Assembly: GCF_006345805.1 (NCBI RefSeq)
Contig: NC_042997.1
Coordinates: 35,216,001-35,280,000, forward strand
Origin: Octopus sinensis
Lineage: Eukaryota
Reading direction: 5' to 3'
DNA length: 64,000 bases
The translations under genes and the position numbers were made by a program. Shown piece by piece: positions 25,707-39,966 of this stretch (position 1 is its first letter; every line of letters starts with the position of its first letter). The notes beneath the pieces were generated by a model. It ran no database searches, was not told the DNA's origin, and saw nothing but the letters and a program-made list of their open reading frames with translations.

Positions 25707-25865
25707 TAGGCGGAGATGTGGTTACTGTAAGAAGTTTGCCCTCCAACTACATGTCTCGGTTCAGTCCCACTGCATGTTGCCTTGGGTAGTTTCTCCTACT
25801 ATAGCCTGGGCCGCCAGAAGCCTTGTGAATATATTTGATAGAGGGAAACTGAGCGAATCGCTTTG
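25707..25865 (+). mobile_element. SINE family A 5' half, diverged
   Basis: GGTTCAGTCCCACTGCATGTTGCCTTGGGTAG...GCCTTGTGA; followed by (TCTA)n. Confidence 0.7.
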
Positions 25866-25938
<73 letters not shown>

Positions 25939-25956
25939 CAATCACTGCCTCTGTCC

Positions 25957-26005
<49 letters not shown>

Positions 26006-26244
26006 TGCCTTTGTGTTTTAGGATTTTAAAAGGCCAGAACTGATGAAGGAGAAACTTAAGCCCTGTAGATTCTCTCTACAATGATCCAAATGGTACAAGC
26101 TACATTAACGATCTCATTCTAGAATATGTCGTCATGTACATACAGTTACACTAACGACGGATACCATTCATCTGCATAGGCTGTCACTATAGTGAAAACA
26201 ATATATCATTCCCTTGTATATTAATGTTTTTATCTCCTTTTCTG

Positions 26245-26629
26245 TGGAAGCACTCCGTCGGTTACGACGATGAAGGTTCCGGTTGATCCGAATCAACGGA
26301 ACAACCTGCTCGGGAAATTAACGTGTAAGTGACTGAGCACTCCACAGACACGTGCACCCTTAACGTAGTTCTCGGGGATATTCAGCGTGACACAGAGAGT
26401 GACAAGGCCAGCCCCTTGAAATACAGGTACAACAGAAGCAGGAAGTAAGAGTGAGAGAAATTTGTGCTGAAAGAGTACAGCAGGGATCACCACCATCCCC
26501 TGCCGTAGCCTCGTGGAGCTTTAGGTGTTTTCACTCAATAAACACTCACAACGCCCGGTCTGGGAATCGAAACCGCGATCCTATGACCGCGAGTCCGCTG
26601 CCCTAACCACTGGGCCATTGCCCCTCCAC
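26245..26629 (-). mobile_element. SINE family C with tail type 2, with a 12-bp target-site duplication
   Basis: Colinear with 18391-18776; ATCTCCTTTTCT at 26232-26243 and 26630-26641. Confidence 0.92.
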
Positions 26630-27117
26630 ATCTCCTTTTCTAGAGAATATAAGAATGAAGTACCATCTATTTATTTTATCACAGCAACTGATTTCCATTA
26701 GTAATGTACATACTAGGAATTTCAGATGACTCAAGCACAGGAGTCGATAGTACTCATTACAAATATTGCTTGCTCTGGGAAATGAAAGTGAAATGAATTG
26801 CTTTAATTCCAGAAGACGTGTTACAGCAACTTCATATTCAATTGCATATCAGAATTAAGTAATAGATAACGGGATGAAACTGAAATATCTTAATGTGTCA
26901 TAAGTAAATGTCATCGTTTCCAACTATGTCAACTACGGGTTTAAGTCTGATTAATACGAAATTTGATGTAGTAGTCATTACTCAAATTAATCTCTTTATG
27001 TTTACTACATATCGTCTAAGCCATTGATGAAAAGAATGAATATGTAAACATGCATGTATACATGTGTACACGATTATATACATACATGCCCCACCTCATA
27101 TATATATATATATATTG

Positions 27118-27226
27118 CCCTGCTCACTTACCCTGTGGGCTGGCGTCATTTAAAGGCTAAAATAATGCGAAGCGCATTGTGACCAGCGATGTGTAGCAAC
27201 ATCTGATAGTCTGGTCGGTCACGGTG
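27118..27226 (+). mobile_element. SINE tail type 1 fragment
   Basis: Matches 4718-4834 (TGGCGTCATT..AAGGCTAAAA...CGCATTGTGACCAGCGATGTGTA). Confidence 0.8.
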
Positions 27227-27257
<31 letters not shown>

Positions 27258-29104
27258 TACGAGTATGGAGTATTATATTGAAATGTATCGACAATACAAG
27301 GTAATGTATAAAAGTGAGGAGTAGTAACAAATTGGTCAGAGGTATTGAACACCGTGAGTATAGGCATCACAATGTATTATAGACATTCCTTCTCTATCCG
27401 GAGACTGAGGTCGTCGTATTCATTCATGGATAATATCCATAACGTATCAGGACATAATGCTACTAAGCTTTGTTCCAAATGATGCAAAATAAGATATGCC
27501 GTACCACACAGCGAAGGGGGAGGCGTCCTTTCACCCTCAGAAATTTCGTTCATTTCGCCACTGCCAGTAGGAAACCAAATTCACTGAGATGAGAAACTCC
27601 AATCTAGGACGATCTACTGTATTTTCTTATAATTATTGTGCTAAACAAATGGTAAACAACGTTCTATATCCGAATTCCCTACATATATATCCATATCACA
27701 GAGTTTCTCCCACTGTCATCCTGTACAAATCCTAGCAATACTTGTTGATATACACCATTGGCTGTTCGTTTTTAATTACTAATCTTGTAGTGGTGATGTT
27801 TTTTTTTATTATTCGTGCTATGTTGTTTCACAGCTAATGTATTTTAGACTTGTCACTTTATTGTTTGTATATATTGGCTGAGTCGAGCATGTGTAAGAGC
27901 TTGTGGGTGATCTAAACATGTGTGGTTATATTAGAGGGCAGAAATAATTTCCAATTTTCAAGCTATTATTCGTCTCTCTCTCTCATACCTAATGTTCCAA
28001 AACCTATCGCCCTCATTTTTTGCAATACCCTTTATTTTTCATATATTTTCTTACAGGGCTATATTGGGACATGCACAAAATGGCATAATACTTTTGCTGA
28101 TAACGCAGAAGTAGTGAATCAGCATTTACGTGGATAGAGTCGATAAGATTATGTAATTACAACAATCCACTTGGTGAAACTTATGTATGTTATATATGAC
28201 TGAATTACCAAAGTTTCCTGCGTTCATTTTTATTATACACGCAAACACACTCACACAAACATAAACATACCTATGTAGATACTTGGAGAAAGAGAAAGAA
28301 ACAATTATACAACATACTGTGTTGTCTTCAAGAATATTTATCACTTCCGCATATGCTGTTTAATGTACATTTTATCCTACATTTACTTGCCAAATCATAT
28401 TCCAACATTCACATTTACACAAGAGAATACCGTAAACAAAGAATAAAATGTCGTACAAATGCACACGCATATATGGGTAGTGAGAAACATAGAGAAATAA
28501 AGGTAAGTGCATGCATGTATGTGTGTACACCTGAATGAACGCTTATGTGCGTATGCTCCCATATGCACGTATAGACGTGTCAGTACGGATGCACATATTT
28601 GTTTTTAATCATTACGCTATTCTCTAGAAGATGACTTTCTCCATGGGGCAATGGCACTCGTTATTGGTTCATTTAAATGGTTTGTTGCAATTTGCAACAT
28701 TTCTATAACAACAGCGTCGTCTTTATTCCTAAGCCCTTTCTTTTCATCTTTTTTAAAAAAATATTTTTGCTGTTAGAAGTCATTGTTCATCGTAGAATTT
28801 TATGTATAATTTAACAACTCCTATTATTTCTTTGATGAAGAGCGAAGATGCACATGAATTTCTTGTATTATTGAAGTTAGGGAAAAGAGCGACATGAAAA
28901 TAATAGAAATAGATAAACTAAATATTAAAACGGATCCATTCTCTTAGAAAGATTATATTTCTAACAAATAATGTGTCAACAATATTACAGAAACGTAGTG
29001 AAATAATGAGATATACTTATTATATATCAGATGAATGGACTTAAACAATATATTGCTGTTTATAAATTGTATTATATTATAATAAAATATTATAGCTACA
29101 ATTA

Positions 29105-29440
29105 AGGTAACCATCTGCCAGAATCGTTTGCACGCCGAACGAAAAGTTACGCACTGCGGTCGATGTAATCGATTTAATCCCTTTGTCTGACCTTGTTTGT
29201 TCCCTCTGTGTTTAGCTCCTTGTGGGCAATAAAGAAATAAGAATTGTTTGCACGCCGAACGAAATGTTTAGCGGCATTTTGTCCATCAATATGATCTGAG
29301 CTCAAATTCCACCGAGATCGACTTTGCTTTTTATCCTTTTGGGGTCGATAAAATAAGTAGCAGTTAAATGCTGGGATCGATATAATCGGTTGACCCCGCT
29401 CACTCGGAGTTGCTAGTTTTGTGCTAATGTTGAAACCAAT
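29105..29440 (+). mobile_element. Two rearranged SINE family B fragments
   Basis: GAAT(C/T)GTTTGCACGCCGAACGAAA occurs twice: a head joined directly to the tail, then a second head with the central segment. Confidence 0.7.
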
Positions 29441-32400
29441 ATTATAGCAATGTTGTATTTTATTTTAAAAAATAACATTAATTCTCAAAACATTCATTCT
29501 TCATCGTTTGCCCACAGATGCCATTCACACATGAGTACCTACTATGCAGAACATGAGCAACTTACGACAGACCTCATGTATTGAATCCAACTACAGACAC
29601 ATTGAAAACATTTTTGAATGAGCAAACACGAACGTAATCTCTTTAAAAGCTACTTCGACACATTCGTAACACATGGGGGAAATTCTAATACATCATACTA
29701 TCAACACATGAACAGCACAAAAATAAAACATTTAAATCTGCTACACTTCTGAAGATTGCTCATTATACACATTGCAAATATAAAAATTATTTTAAATGTC
29801 GTCAATAATGCTTTCTGATTACAGAACGCATCAATGGAATATGGTAAACAGAATTATATATTGTATGAGATTTTAATCAATTTAGAAATTTTGTTATTCT
29901 AAACATCATAATTTTATATTCCAAATTATAGTATTTTGCAAAGTATTCGTTTCTGATATGGTAATTGTTTGCGTCAGTGCTCTTTCTTCATCTGAAACAA
30001 TAGCTGACGCTGTTCAGTTCGTTAAACTTCATATTTCCTCGTCATAAGAACGAACAATGTTTAAATTCCGTTCGTTACATTCTCAATATAGCTTCAATAA
30101 CCAAATATTTGCACTTGATGGCATCATACTGGAAACTACATAAAACTTCGTGAGCTCAGCTCCAGTACAATAACTTATAAGGTGAACAAGCGAACGAATG
30201 ACGAATAAATATTACAGAATACAGTTATCAGTTAAAAATGCATATTCGTTAGTAAAGTTATAAACAGAATTATCACTGGAGATGCACAAAAAGTATATAA
30301 TTATCGACTACTTCCTTTAGTATATATTAGCAAAATGTACAAAATGTTATGTGTAAGCATAGATAAACATAAATGGGCAGTATGTACTCTGCTCCATAAC
30401 GTTAAATCCAAATCATATATAAGGAATGTGAAGTATGTAGATTTTACTACATCGTTTTGATTACCAATATCAGAAATTGTTCGTATTCTGTGTATTCTGT
30501 AATAATTAATATTTAATTCCAGTATTATATGCACTTTCAAATGAAGATAAAAAGTGGAGACAATATATACTCCGCTTATTCTCTCTGGATAATTGTCTTT
30601 AACATTATATTACAATGCGGATGAATGGAAGAAAAGAATCCTGAAAGGAGTTGAAACCCTTATTCTTATATCCTGCCCTAGATACTACTGATGCTTAGGA
30701 AGATGTACAGCTTCTTTAGTCATTTGAATTGTCTTTTGTGGATTAAATTTGACATCTACATTACTTCCTGGTTTTCATCCTATGAAAGAAGAATGTGTTG
30801 GATTCATTATGACACAAATACAATTCCCAAGTCTTAATTTGACAGTTTTAATACTGTCCAATTTGTTCGCCAGATAATTGGAAGTTATTCTATTCAAGTG
30901 TGGAAATGCAAAATTACGACCATTGTGATATAAAGCTGTTTCATTATATATTTGGAGATGTAGAAGCTTTCACAGCCGACGTAGTTCAGATGTAATTAGC
31001 GATATATTCTTAACTGCTGTATTTCTCTTATAATTAGTATTAATTAAAAAAGCATTAAATATATTTTATGTCTTCACAACTACAATAGCTCGAGAAAATC
31101 TAATTTAACATTTGTTCAGAAAAAAAAATGAATCCTTGTTTTGTGGTTAATTTATCCTTAATAAACATAACTCAAGCGCTTCTGTCTTCAAGTTTTAATG
31201 TAAACATCAGGATGCTCTCATATGACCGAGGTGTGAACCAAAAGAGCTGTGACTACAAATCAGTTTCGAAATAAAAGTGAAAATATGATAATTTTTTTCA
31301 TTATAAAATCAGTTGGCAAACATATTGTCGTTACATATCTTATTTCACCACAGTAGTATTTAGTATTTACGTGCATAGTGTGTTGTTAATCAAGGCAGAA
31401 ATTTAGACTGAATTTTTCTGACAGTTCAGTGTACCACATTTGTCATTAATGTGGTTAATGCATACACCAAAGCATTTAGCTTGAATCTTTCTCGTTATCT
31501 GCTCAGATTACGTTGAGCTCAAAAAACATGAAATTAGAATCTAGTGTGCATTACAGTTCAATAACAGTTCTAATAAGAAACGGCTGGGTTCGAAATTAGA
31601 CCGTAAGATAGAAACTGATAAATACTACCTAGAATTTTATTCGGTGCACTAATATTTCTGGTACATTCTCGCCTATTGTTATGCTTGGAAACAGGCCCAA
31701 GGTTGCCAAGAGAGATGACGATAGATTTAAATTCGAAAGTATCTAACCAGGATGGACTTACGCAACCCCAAATGAATTACAGGTAAAATAGTCTCTGGTG
31801 GTATTTGGTAGAAAAGTAAAGCCTGTAAATCTATTCACTATGATGTTTATCCTTTTGCCAATCACCAAACAACGTAGGGTATGATACGAATTACTTTATC
31901 TAATTTGGATACAAAGTTAGCTACAATAGTTGCGTTTAGATTGTGTCCAATGCCATCTATTTTGAGGTGAGATGATTAGTCCTTATCTATTATTTATTAT
32001 ATCGGCAGCGAAAGGAAGGAATTCCAACTCAGCCGCAGTAGATATTTTATGAATCTCTCAGAAGATAGACAGCAAAGCGACGAGATTTAAACGCACAGCA
32101 TAAAGAAACGGAAAATAAGCTAGTGCAACTAATATTAGATACGTCATCCACCCAGAAATAATTTGCAGTCAAATGTTTTGCAGAAATTAAGCAATCATAG
32201 CAATCAGGTTGTTGAACTAAAATAATCGTAGTAATTAACGGGTGTGTGTAACGTTCAATTTCTAATTGGCATAACTAGGATAATACATAGCCATATTTCT
32301 AATGGCATTAATAATTACCCATAAGGCAAAATCTAGAAAGCCGCAACACTAAAGTCTGTAAACATAACTAGGACAGTTTTTCAGTGTCTTTACTATCCTT

Positions 32401-32893
32401 AGCCAGCTATGTCCAAGGCAAAATAATATGTTTAACTCCGAACAATGCATTTAATTCTCGTGAACATCTATTCATGTTTTCCACAGAACATTCTATTCAA
32501 ACTTATACTTGCATATTCAAAGCAAACATTTACATTGATCATGAATATTGATGATAACCTGAAGCACTTTATGCATGTTGGCCAATATTTAACAATTTGC
32601 TTTTTTTTTTTCAAGAAAGAAACTCTAAATATATTTCCCAGACCGTGATGCAGAGGCCTAAAATCTGTGGGTAGGCTGTAGGCGACTAAGTCAAGTTGTA
32701 CTTATTTCATCGACACTGATAGGATGAAAAGCAATGTTAACCTCACCGTCATTTTAAACTCAGAACGTAAATACACACGAAATGCCCTAAGCAGTTAGTG
32801 CAACGTTCTTACGATTCTATCATCTTGCTTACATGTTTAGCAGTAGTAGTAATAATGCAAATAATATTAAAAATAATGCACATATGTATGTAT

Positions 32894-32928
<35 letters not shown>

Positions 32929-33687
32929 CATTTGATAAAAATCACATAGTCAATAATCAAAATCAGGATAATACATGTTTCTCACCGAAAAACGAACTTT
33001 GAGAATTGTAAAAAACCACTGAAAAATTTTTGATTGATTTCCGTAAAGTCTCTCTACATACTGACTCCATTTCCAAGCAATCTATTTTTTTTCTTCAAAA
33101 CAAACCATCCAATCAAGCAAAATAGGATACCGTTTCTTTAAGGTTATGTCTTTGCATAATGATGCATATTTTTTTAAGTATATGTCGATGATGCAATGTA
33201 AAGAGGGAGGACAAGAAAATCAATACTGTGATTGGCCAAATTATACTCACACACACGTACAAACACACACGCAGATGTATATGAATAAAATGAAATATAA
33301 TACAGACATATACAACCACTAACACATACATTTCTACACGCGCACACACATATACTGTCACTAACTCACTCATATATATTATTTTGATCGATGAACACAT
33401 GTATGTATATAAGTTTGTATAAAGCTCCCGTATATAAAAAAACATGAAAAGATCCATGCCACTTCTCATTGAATCCTTATCGTTGCAGTTAGTCAGAATT
33501 TGCTTTTGCATGAATTTAATGATCTTCACTAAACTGGAAAAGATATTGAGAGAGAGCAAATGATTAAGAAACTTAAAAAAAGAACATCAAATTTTATCTT
33601 TGCATGAATATATATTTAGAATTTTCCTATTCTATTTTATCATTTCAGTTACACATACACACACACTCATATATATAATATATAATA

Positions 33688-33750
<63 letters not shown>

Positions 33751-33751
33751 T

Positions 33752-33827
<76 letters not shown>

Positions 33828-33835
33828 ATATATAC

Positions 33836-33977
<142 letters not shown>

Positions 33978-34029
33978 TATATATATAATATATATATATA
34001 TTATATATATATATATTATATATATATAT

Positions 34030-34064
<35 letters not shown>

Positions 34065-34509
34065 CATGTGTGTGTATGTAAATGTATATGTATTTGTGTA
34101 TATATATATATTTCATGAAAATCCGATGTATAGAAAATCATTGCCATATGGATGACTGCTAATGCGTATGTGAATAAGAGGAATAACTGATCTTTGACAT
34201 ATTACTCTCTTCTTATTTTAAATACTTTCTTTTAATTTGTTAGAACTTAATAAAAAAAAGTCATGTCTTCCACATCATGCATATTTCTAAAAAGTAGCAT
34301 CATCACTTCCCTCGGATTTTTATTTGATCCCTGAAAATAAAAGATTAATCCATGCTGAAGTACCAGAGATCAAACACCATACCTAGATTTGAATAAAAAA
34401 TAGACGAAAAAGCTTTCCATACTATCAATCCTTTTACTGAACGCTGGTAGTTTATGATTATATATAATAATCATTTCTAATATAGGCACGTCCTAAAACT
34501 TTGGTGTAG

Positions 34510-34682
34510 GGGGTAGTTAATAACATCGATCACAGTACTCAAATGGTACTTATTTTATAGAGCACGAGAGGATGAAAGGCAAAGTCGACCTCGGCAGAAC
34601 TAGAAACCAGAACATAAAGACGGACAATATGCTGGTAAGATTTTTGCCCGGCGTTTTTACGATTCTACCAGTTCACTGCCTT
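34510..34682 (-). mobile_element. Diverged SINE family B
   Basis: GGTACTTATTTTAT...GGATGAAAGGCAAAGTCGACCTCGGC. Confidence 0.7.
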
Positions 34683-34687
34683 TTATA

Positions 34688-36651
34688 TCTATAATACAAA
34701 TGCCGTTCTATATGTATGTGTGTGTGTGTGTGTTAAATATTATAACGGCCGTATGTTTCATATGATTTTCCCCAAATTGGGAATATACTTTACTTATTTT
34801 TCAGGGATGAATTTACTCTTTGAAGTTTTCACATAATGAGTAACGGACCTCTTAGGGACAGAAAATACCTGTTCCTGGGTTACGTGGAGAAGGGAGGTAT
34901 CCCTTTGTGAAGTAACTTTCAGAAATTGATCGTCTCCCTTACATCCATTGGTCATAAAAAACAAATGATTTTGCTATTTATATTAGATTCGCGTCTTTGA
35001 AAAGATTTTAAACCTGCTTACTTTCTCTTTTCTAGCGTCAGTGATGTCTCTATCCCTCTATTTATATTGCTTTATCCATCTCACACTATCTATCTCCATC
35101 TCTCTATAATTCTCCATCTATATCTCTCTATCCATCTCTATCTATATATCTCTCTATCTCTCTGTATCTATCTGTTAATATCTTATCTAACTATATCTTT
35201 TATATTTTTCTAACTGGCCCTCTCTCAGTGTCTCTCTCTCTCTCTCTCTCTCTCTCACTCATTCTCTATTCTTTTCCCTACAAATTTTCAATCGGTATTT
35301 ACAAATAACAACGACAAATTGCTAACATATAGAAATTCACAGTTACTGATGAAAGTAACTTCATAACTTTCACTTCAGTCCGTTCACTTCGTTAACTCTA
35401 CCTACAAATTTCTTAATTTCTTTTGCAAAGTTTTGTGTTTTTCTTTGTTGCTGACAGAATTATTGACAAAAGTAAGTTCATAATTTACTGATGAGAGAAA
35501 CTTCAAAAATTTCACTTAAATCTGTAAATTTAGTTAATTTCCCTAGAAAGTGCTTATTTACTTATACAGCGGTTTAGTGTTTTTCTTTTGTTAACGGCTT
35601 TTGTTTCTGGTTCCTCCGATTAATGCTTCTTTGGCCCACCGAGACATTTCGCTTCAACCCGTACAATTCTTTATGTTCCGTTAAAATTTATTTATTTTCT
35701 GCCCGTCGTATTAAGAAATATACTTTCGGTTACCCAATTATTTTCATTGTTTACTATCTTCTACACCCGTGTATTCCTGTATACGTATATAACCATGCCT
35801 AAAAGGAAAGTGTCAAATTTGTCTTCAATATCAAAGTCATCCAAAAGAATGTCTCTGTTCAACGAAGGAGAGAAAGGGAAACATACCAGCTGCAGAAAGG
35901 GAAACATACCAAGAAAGGAATAGACTGTGCACTACAATAGCCAGAGCATCTTAAAGTGATGAATATATGTATGCACGGCTGACAAGGAATAAGATCTGCA
36001 CTGCAGAACGAAAAGCAGTTGCAACTGCGCGGAGAAGCAACCTCTATGAAGCAGCTTTCAATTATGATCCGGCAGTTCATTATGCAGATGACACTAGATT
36101 TTCCATTGGTGCAAGGACAACTGCAGTGATGGAAAAGTTAAACTCCCTGCAATCCTCCAACCTCCAGTGTCATTGAAGAAACTGTTATCATCAACTGACC
36201 AAGATTCCAAGCACCTCCAAAAGGAAATTAAACAACACCACTCTGCACTAAAGATGACATTATTTGGAGCCACAAAAGACTTAACATCCAGGATTCATGC
36301 AAACGTTAAAGATCCAAGGTCAGATTTGTCATCGGGTTGGCTCTCTGTCGAATGAATCACCAAAATCAGCCGTTCATTGTTTATAATCTGTAGCTGTTTT
36401 TTAATTACGAATTAAGCTACACAAAACATGTTTTTGAATTACATGCATTTACTTTATATACATATATTAGTTGAAAACTTTATTTTAACATTTCATTTAA
36501 TGTCTATGTTCCATGCTGGCACGGGTCGGAGAGTTATTAATGTAGAACGTTGGTATCTCATCTACTAGCAGTTGAAACCTGCATAATGTAGACGGCGTTT
36601 TTAAATTTCATTATTCACGTTAACCCGGAAAAAGCCGAGCATTTCTACTTG
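34688..36651 (+). mobile_element. Internally deleted Helitron with an N-terminal RepHel fragment
   Basis: 5' A|TC start; frameshifted peptides AAFNYDPAVHY...IG, CSDGKVKLP..PP..LKKLL..D.DSKH...MTLFGA and GFMQTLKIQGQICHRVGS (35795-36350), typical of the RepHel N-terminus; 3' GC hairpin remnant CCCGG..GCCGAG followed by CTTG|T (degenerate CTRR). Confidence 0.8.
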
Positions 36652-37143
36652 TAAAATAATAATGATACATTAAATAGTCAAAATATAAACCCGTAGGTAT
36701 GCTGCAAGATACAAAAATGCGTGGTAATTACAATTATGTCTGAGTGTTGATGAAATTAGTTGCAGTTCGCTTATTACTATTGAACGAAGTAAAGAAATTG
36801 GTGAAATATAGTTTTTAAAAAAATGTTACCAATCAGACGATGCCTACATGTCAGTAAACTAGCCAGAAATAAAATCAAAAAGACTATTGTCTAGATGATG
36901 TAGGTCCAGAATGACTCTTTAGAAAAAAAGAGGATATGATTGATGTGGTCAAAGGGAAACCTTTCTAGTTATAGGCCTGGCTAAAATTTAAGAAAGTCCG
37001 TTTTGCAACTATGTAACCTCAACCTACTCTTTCCACACTTCACTGTAGGTGACTTCTACGTCAGTCACGTAACGACCAAAGTCTTCTAAAGATATATGCT
37101 AAATGAAGATAATAGAAACTCCCGATATACATATACATATATA

Positions 37144-37220
<77 letters not shown>

Positions 37221-37226
37221 CTATAC

Positions 37227-37920
37227 CAGTTGCGACGCCGGCAGTCGGGCTGTTCGGGATTAGCTCGGGTATAAATTTAGTTAAGTGAACGTGTATTTGC
37301 AAGCTGATTTAATTGCTTCTATCACACTAACTTGAAGTATGGTATCGTAGTCAATAACTCGTTCTCCTTTTATTGAACATAGTCGCAGATCATATAATTT
37401 TGCTCGGCGTCTGATGTTTGTCTTAGAGGAGCTCTGTGTCAAAAAGTATCATTCCTAGCAGGCGTTCTCTCGACATCTTTCATACGCTCCTGATTCTGGC
37501 TCAGAAGTTACACCCCGAACTGTTATCAATAATCGTACAAAATAAAAGCAATTCAAATTCAATGTTTTCTTCAAAATTTCTTCAGAGACTGAGATTTAAA
37601 TTCCAATCTACCAAAAGTTTCCGTCCTACAATATTCTTATCCAGCAACTCGGGCTAATACAAACGAGCTTGGTAGGAGTAAAAGACTAACCGACATCTCT
37701 TGTCAAGCATATCGCTGATATTTTTTGTGCACTCCCTTAACTTAGAAATGGAGAAAGACATAATGCTGGACATAAAAAATAAGCCAACCGAGGCCCGAAA
37801 TAAAGCGGAAACACCTGACATTTTCGAGTAGGCGTCTCTCTTATGTGAAATCTATGATGAGCTCGAGTAACGAAATCTGGGATGAGCCCGAGTGACGCTT
37901 ATCGCCTGGCGTCGCCTCTG
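37227..37920. mobile_element. Putative non-autonomous DNA transposon with imperfect TIRs
   Basis: Left end CAGTTGCGACGCC, right end GGCGTCGCCTCTG; TA-rich flanks; interior GC-richer than the background. Confidence 0.45.
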
Positions 37921-37959
37921 ATATACATTTATATATATATCAATGATTACCATTTGTTT

Positions 37960-38220
37960 CGTAGTTTACAGTATCTTTTGAGCGACATATATTTCGCAAG
38001 CCAGGAGGAGGTCGAAACTGACATTTCAGTATTCTTTACTTTGAAACCAAAAGAGTTTACATTGATGAGATTACAAAGCTTGTAAATAGATGGAAGGATG
38101 TCATAGATAATCAAGGAAAGTACATTCATTATCAAATATAACATTGATGATTAAATGTAACATTTGATCACTTGCTTTCTGTATTCAAAATTCGGACAGA
38201 ACTTAAGGGATGACCTGATA
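37960..38220 (+). mobile_element. Mariner 3' fragment
   Basis: DYHLFRSLQ...EEVETDIS peptide; 3' end TTCGGACAGAACTTAAGGGATGACCTGATA matches 44751-44780. Confidence 0.85.
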
Positions 38221-39966
38221 TGTTCTGTTATTTTTTATCCTTTTCCCTTTGTTGTCTGTTCAAAAGTAATCATATTGCGTTTTGGTGTTTCAGTTCTAAA
38301 ATCCGAACTTTAGATTTTTAATTCGAAATTGTTTACCCTGATAAGATAAACGTTTTCAACTACCAAAATGCAATTCTTTTTCTCGCGTTATTTTATAAAA
38401 TCGTAAAGACAACAGTGTATAAATATTGTGATGTAAAGTGAGTGGCTCCTTTGGGCAATATATATCTCATGTGATTTAGAATAGTTCATGTTATGAGATC
38501 AAATCTATTGATATTTCTTCATTTATTTTCGTCACTTATTTGTGATATTCCTACCACTCAGTAACATCAAGATTTTAATATGGATCTAAAAACTCAAAGC
38601 AATATTTAAATGCAATTCAGATGATGTGTCAGTTTGTCAGAATATACGTATTGCATCGAAGAGTATGTTTCTAGGCAATAATTAGATCTTCCAAAGATGC
38701 AAATTATTTTCTTTAAATCTTCATCTCAGTTGCAAAAGCATGTAGTTCCGCTGTATAGAACTCTTTATCCAGCTCTATTAGATTTCACTTTAGTTTCACT
38801 GACCAAAAAATTCCTTTTTATTTCATAGATCAAATAATATTTATACGAATAGGAGTTTCTTTATAATTTACATGTTTATTTCCTACAATATTCATTTATG
38901 CATTTATATATTTGATCAATGGCATTTATGATTAACTGAAAAAGGAATTTTGAGAAACGACTACAAGGACTTTATACACATAAAGAATAAGCCCTAATAC
39001 ATACACGTATGCAGAATATTCTTTCATCTGAAACGCCAGTAATATAAGAGAGGTAACTCGATTTTTTTCATTCTGAAAAGGGAAACACGGAGAAAAGGAA
39101 TGCATAAAGGCAGAAATGCGAATTAAATGCACAAAGTTTGTTGCCCTTCATTTTTATAAGAGAGGATGGAGATAATTTGAAAAATAAATATGCAGATGTA
39201 AAGTAGAAAGAAAACGACTTGCAGCTAGGAGCTATGTACATGTCATTTAAGTATATATCTTTATGTGCACTGAAGTAATAAAACGCAAACATTTGAATTT
39301 ATTCGCAAAATAGCTACAGTGGAGCAAATGAAATAAATGTCGGAGATGGTTTGCTATTCTTTGTAAAAAATAACAGGAAGGGAAATGCTGGAAGTAACAT
39401 AAAAAAAACATGAGTGCATACGATCAACGATTGAAGAGAAAATTCTCACCCTTTCTATCACTCAGGAAATCAATACACACACGCATACACATAAAATATG
39501 TGCTTATGTTCATAAGAAGATAGATATATACTCTTATGAATTAACACACATATGTATGAATGTATGTATGTATGCATGTATGTATAAGAAAAAGTATAGT
39601 AAGACATTGTCAGATACAATCATAGAACATATAAAACATTAAAAGAGGGATCTTAGTAAGTTCTTTCTCTGCCAGAATATTTTCTTTAATGATATGTATT
39701 AAAATGGTAACACTTTTTGATGTTAATTTGCATTTTTCTGATTCAACGATGGATGACATTTCTGGTCAAAAAGATCTGCTACACATAAGAGCCAAATCTT
39801 CATATTAAATCCTAAAAAGAAATGATATGCAGAATGATGTAATTTGATAAAAATCTAATGAGAGAATGTCCGCGAGTGGGACACCTTCGCACATATATTA
39901 CGAGACCCACTAACAACAAAACATTCCAGCCGATAAGACGGGAATTTGAGGTAATAGAGCATTATA

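Larger units (their letters stand above)
11854..27560 (+). pseudogene. Putative decayed multi-kringle-domain gene (scattered pseudo-exons at about 11854, 13907, 17159, 20241 and 27281)
   Basis: Each segment begins D/E-C (or TAT/TGA at the Cys position) followed by a Y-x-G-x-I/V-like motif. Three follow an AG in phase 1 and two end at GTAAGT (12095, 17368). Many stops and frameshifts; pattern recognition only. Confidence 0.3.

Noticed and set aside
29515-30990. Exon-like stretches after CCCACAG and around 30600-30990
   Set aside because: They contain stops in the plausible frames and no motif I can name; too weak to add to the kringle pseudogene hypothesis.
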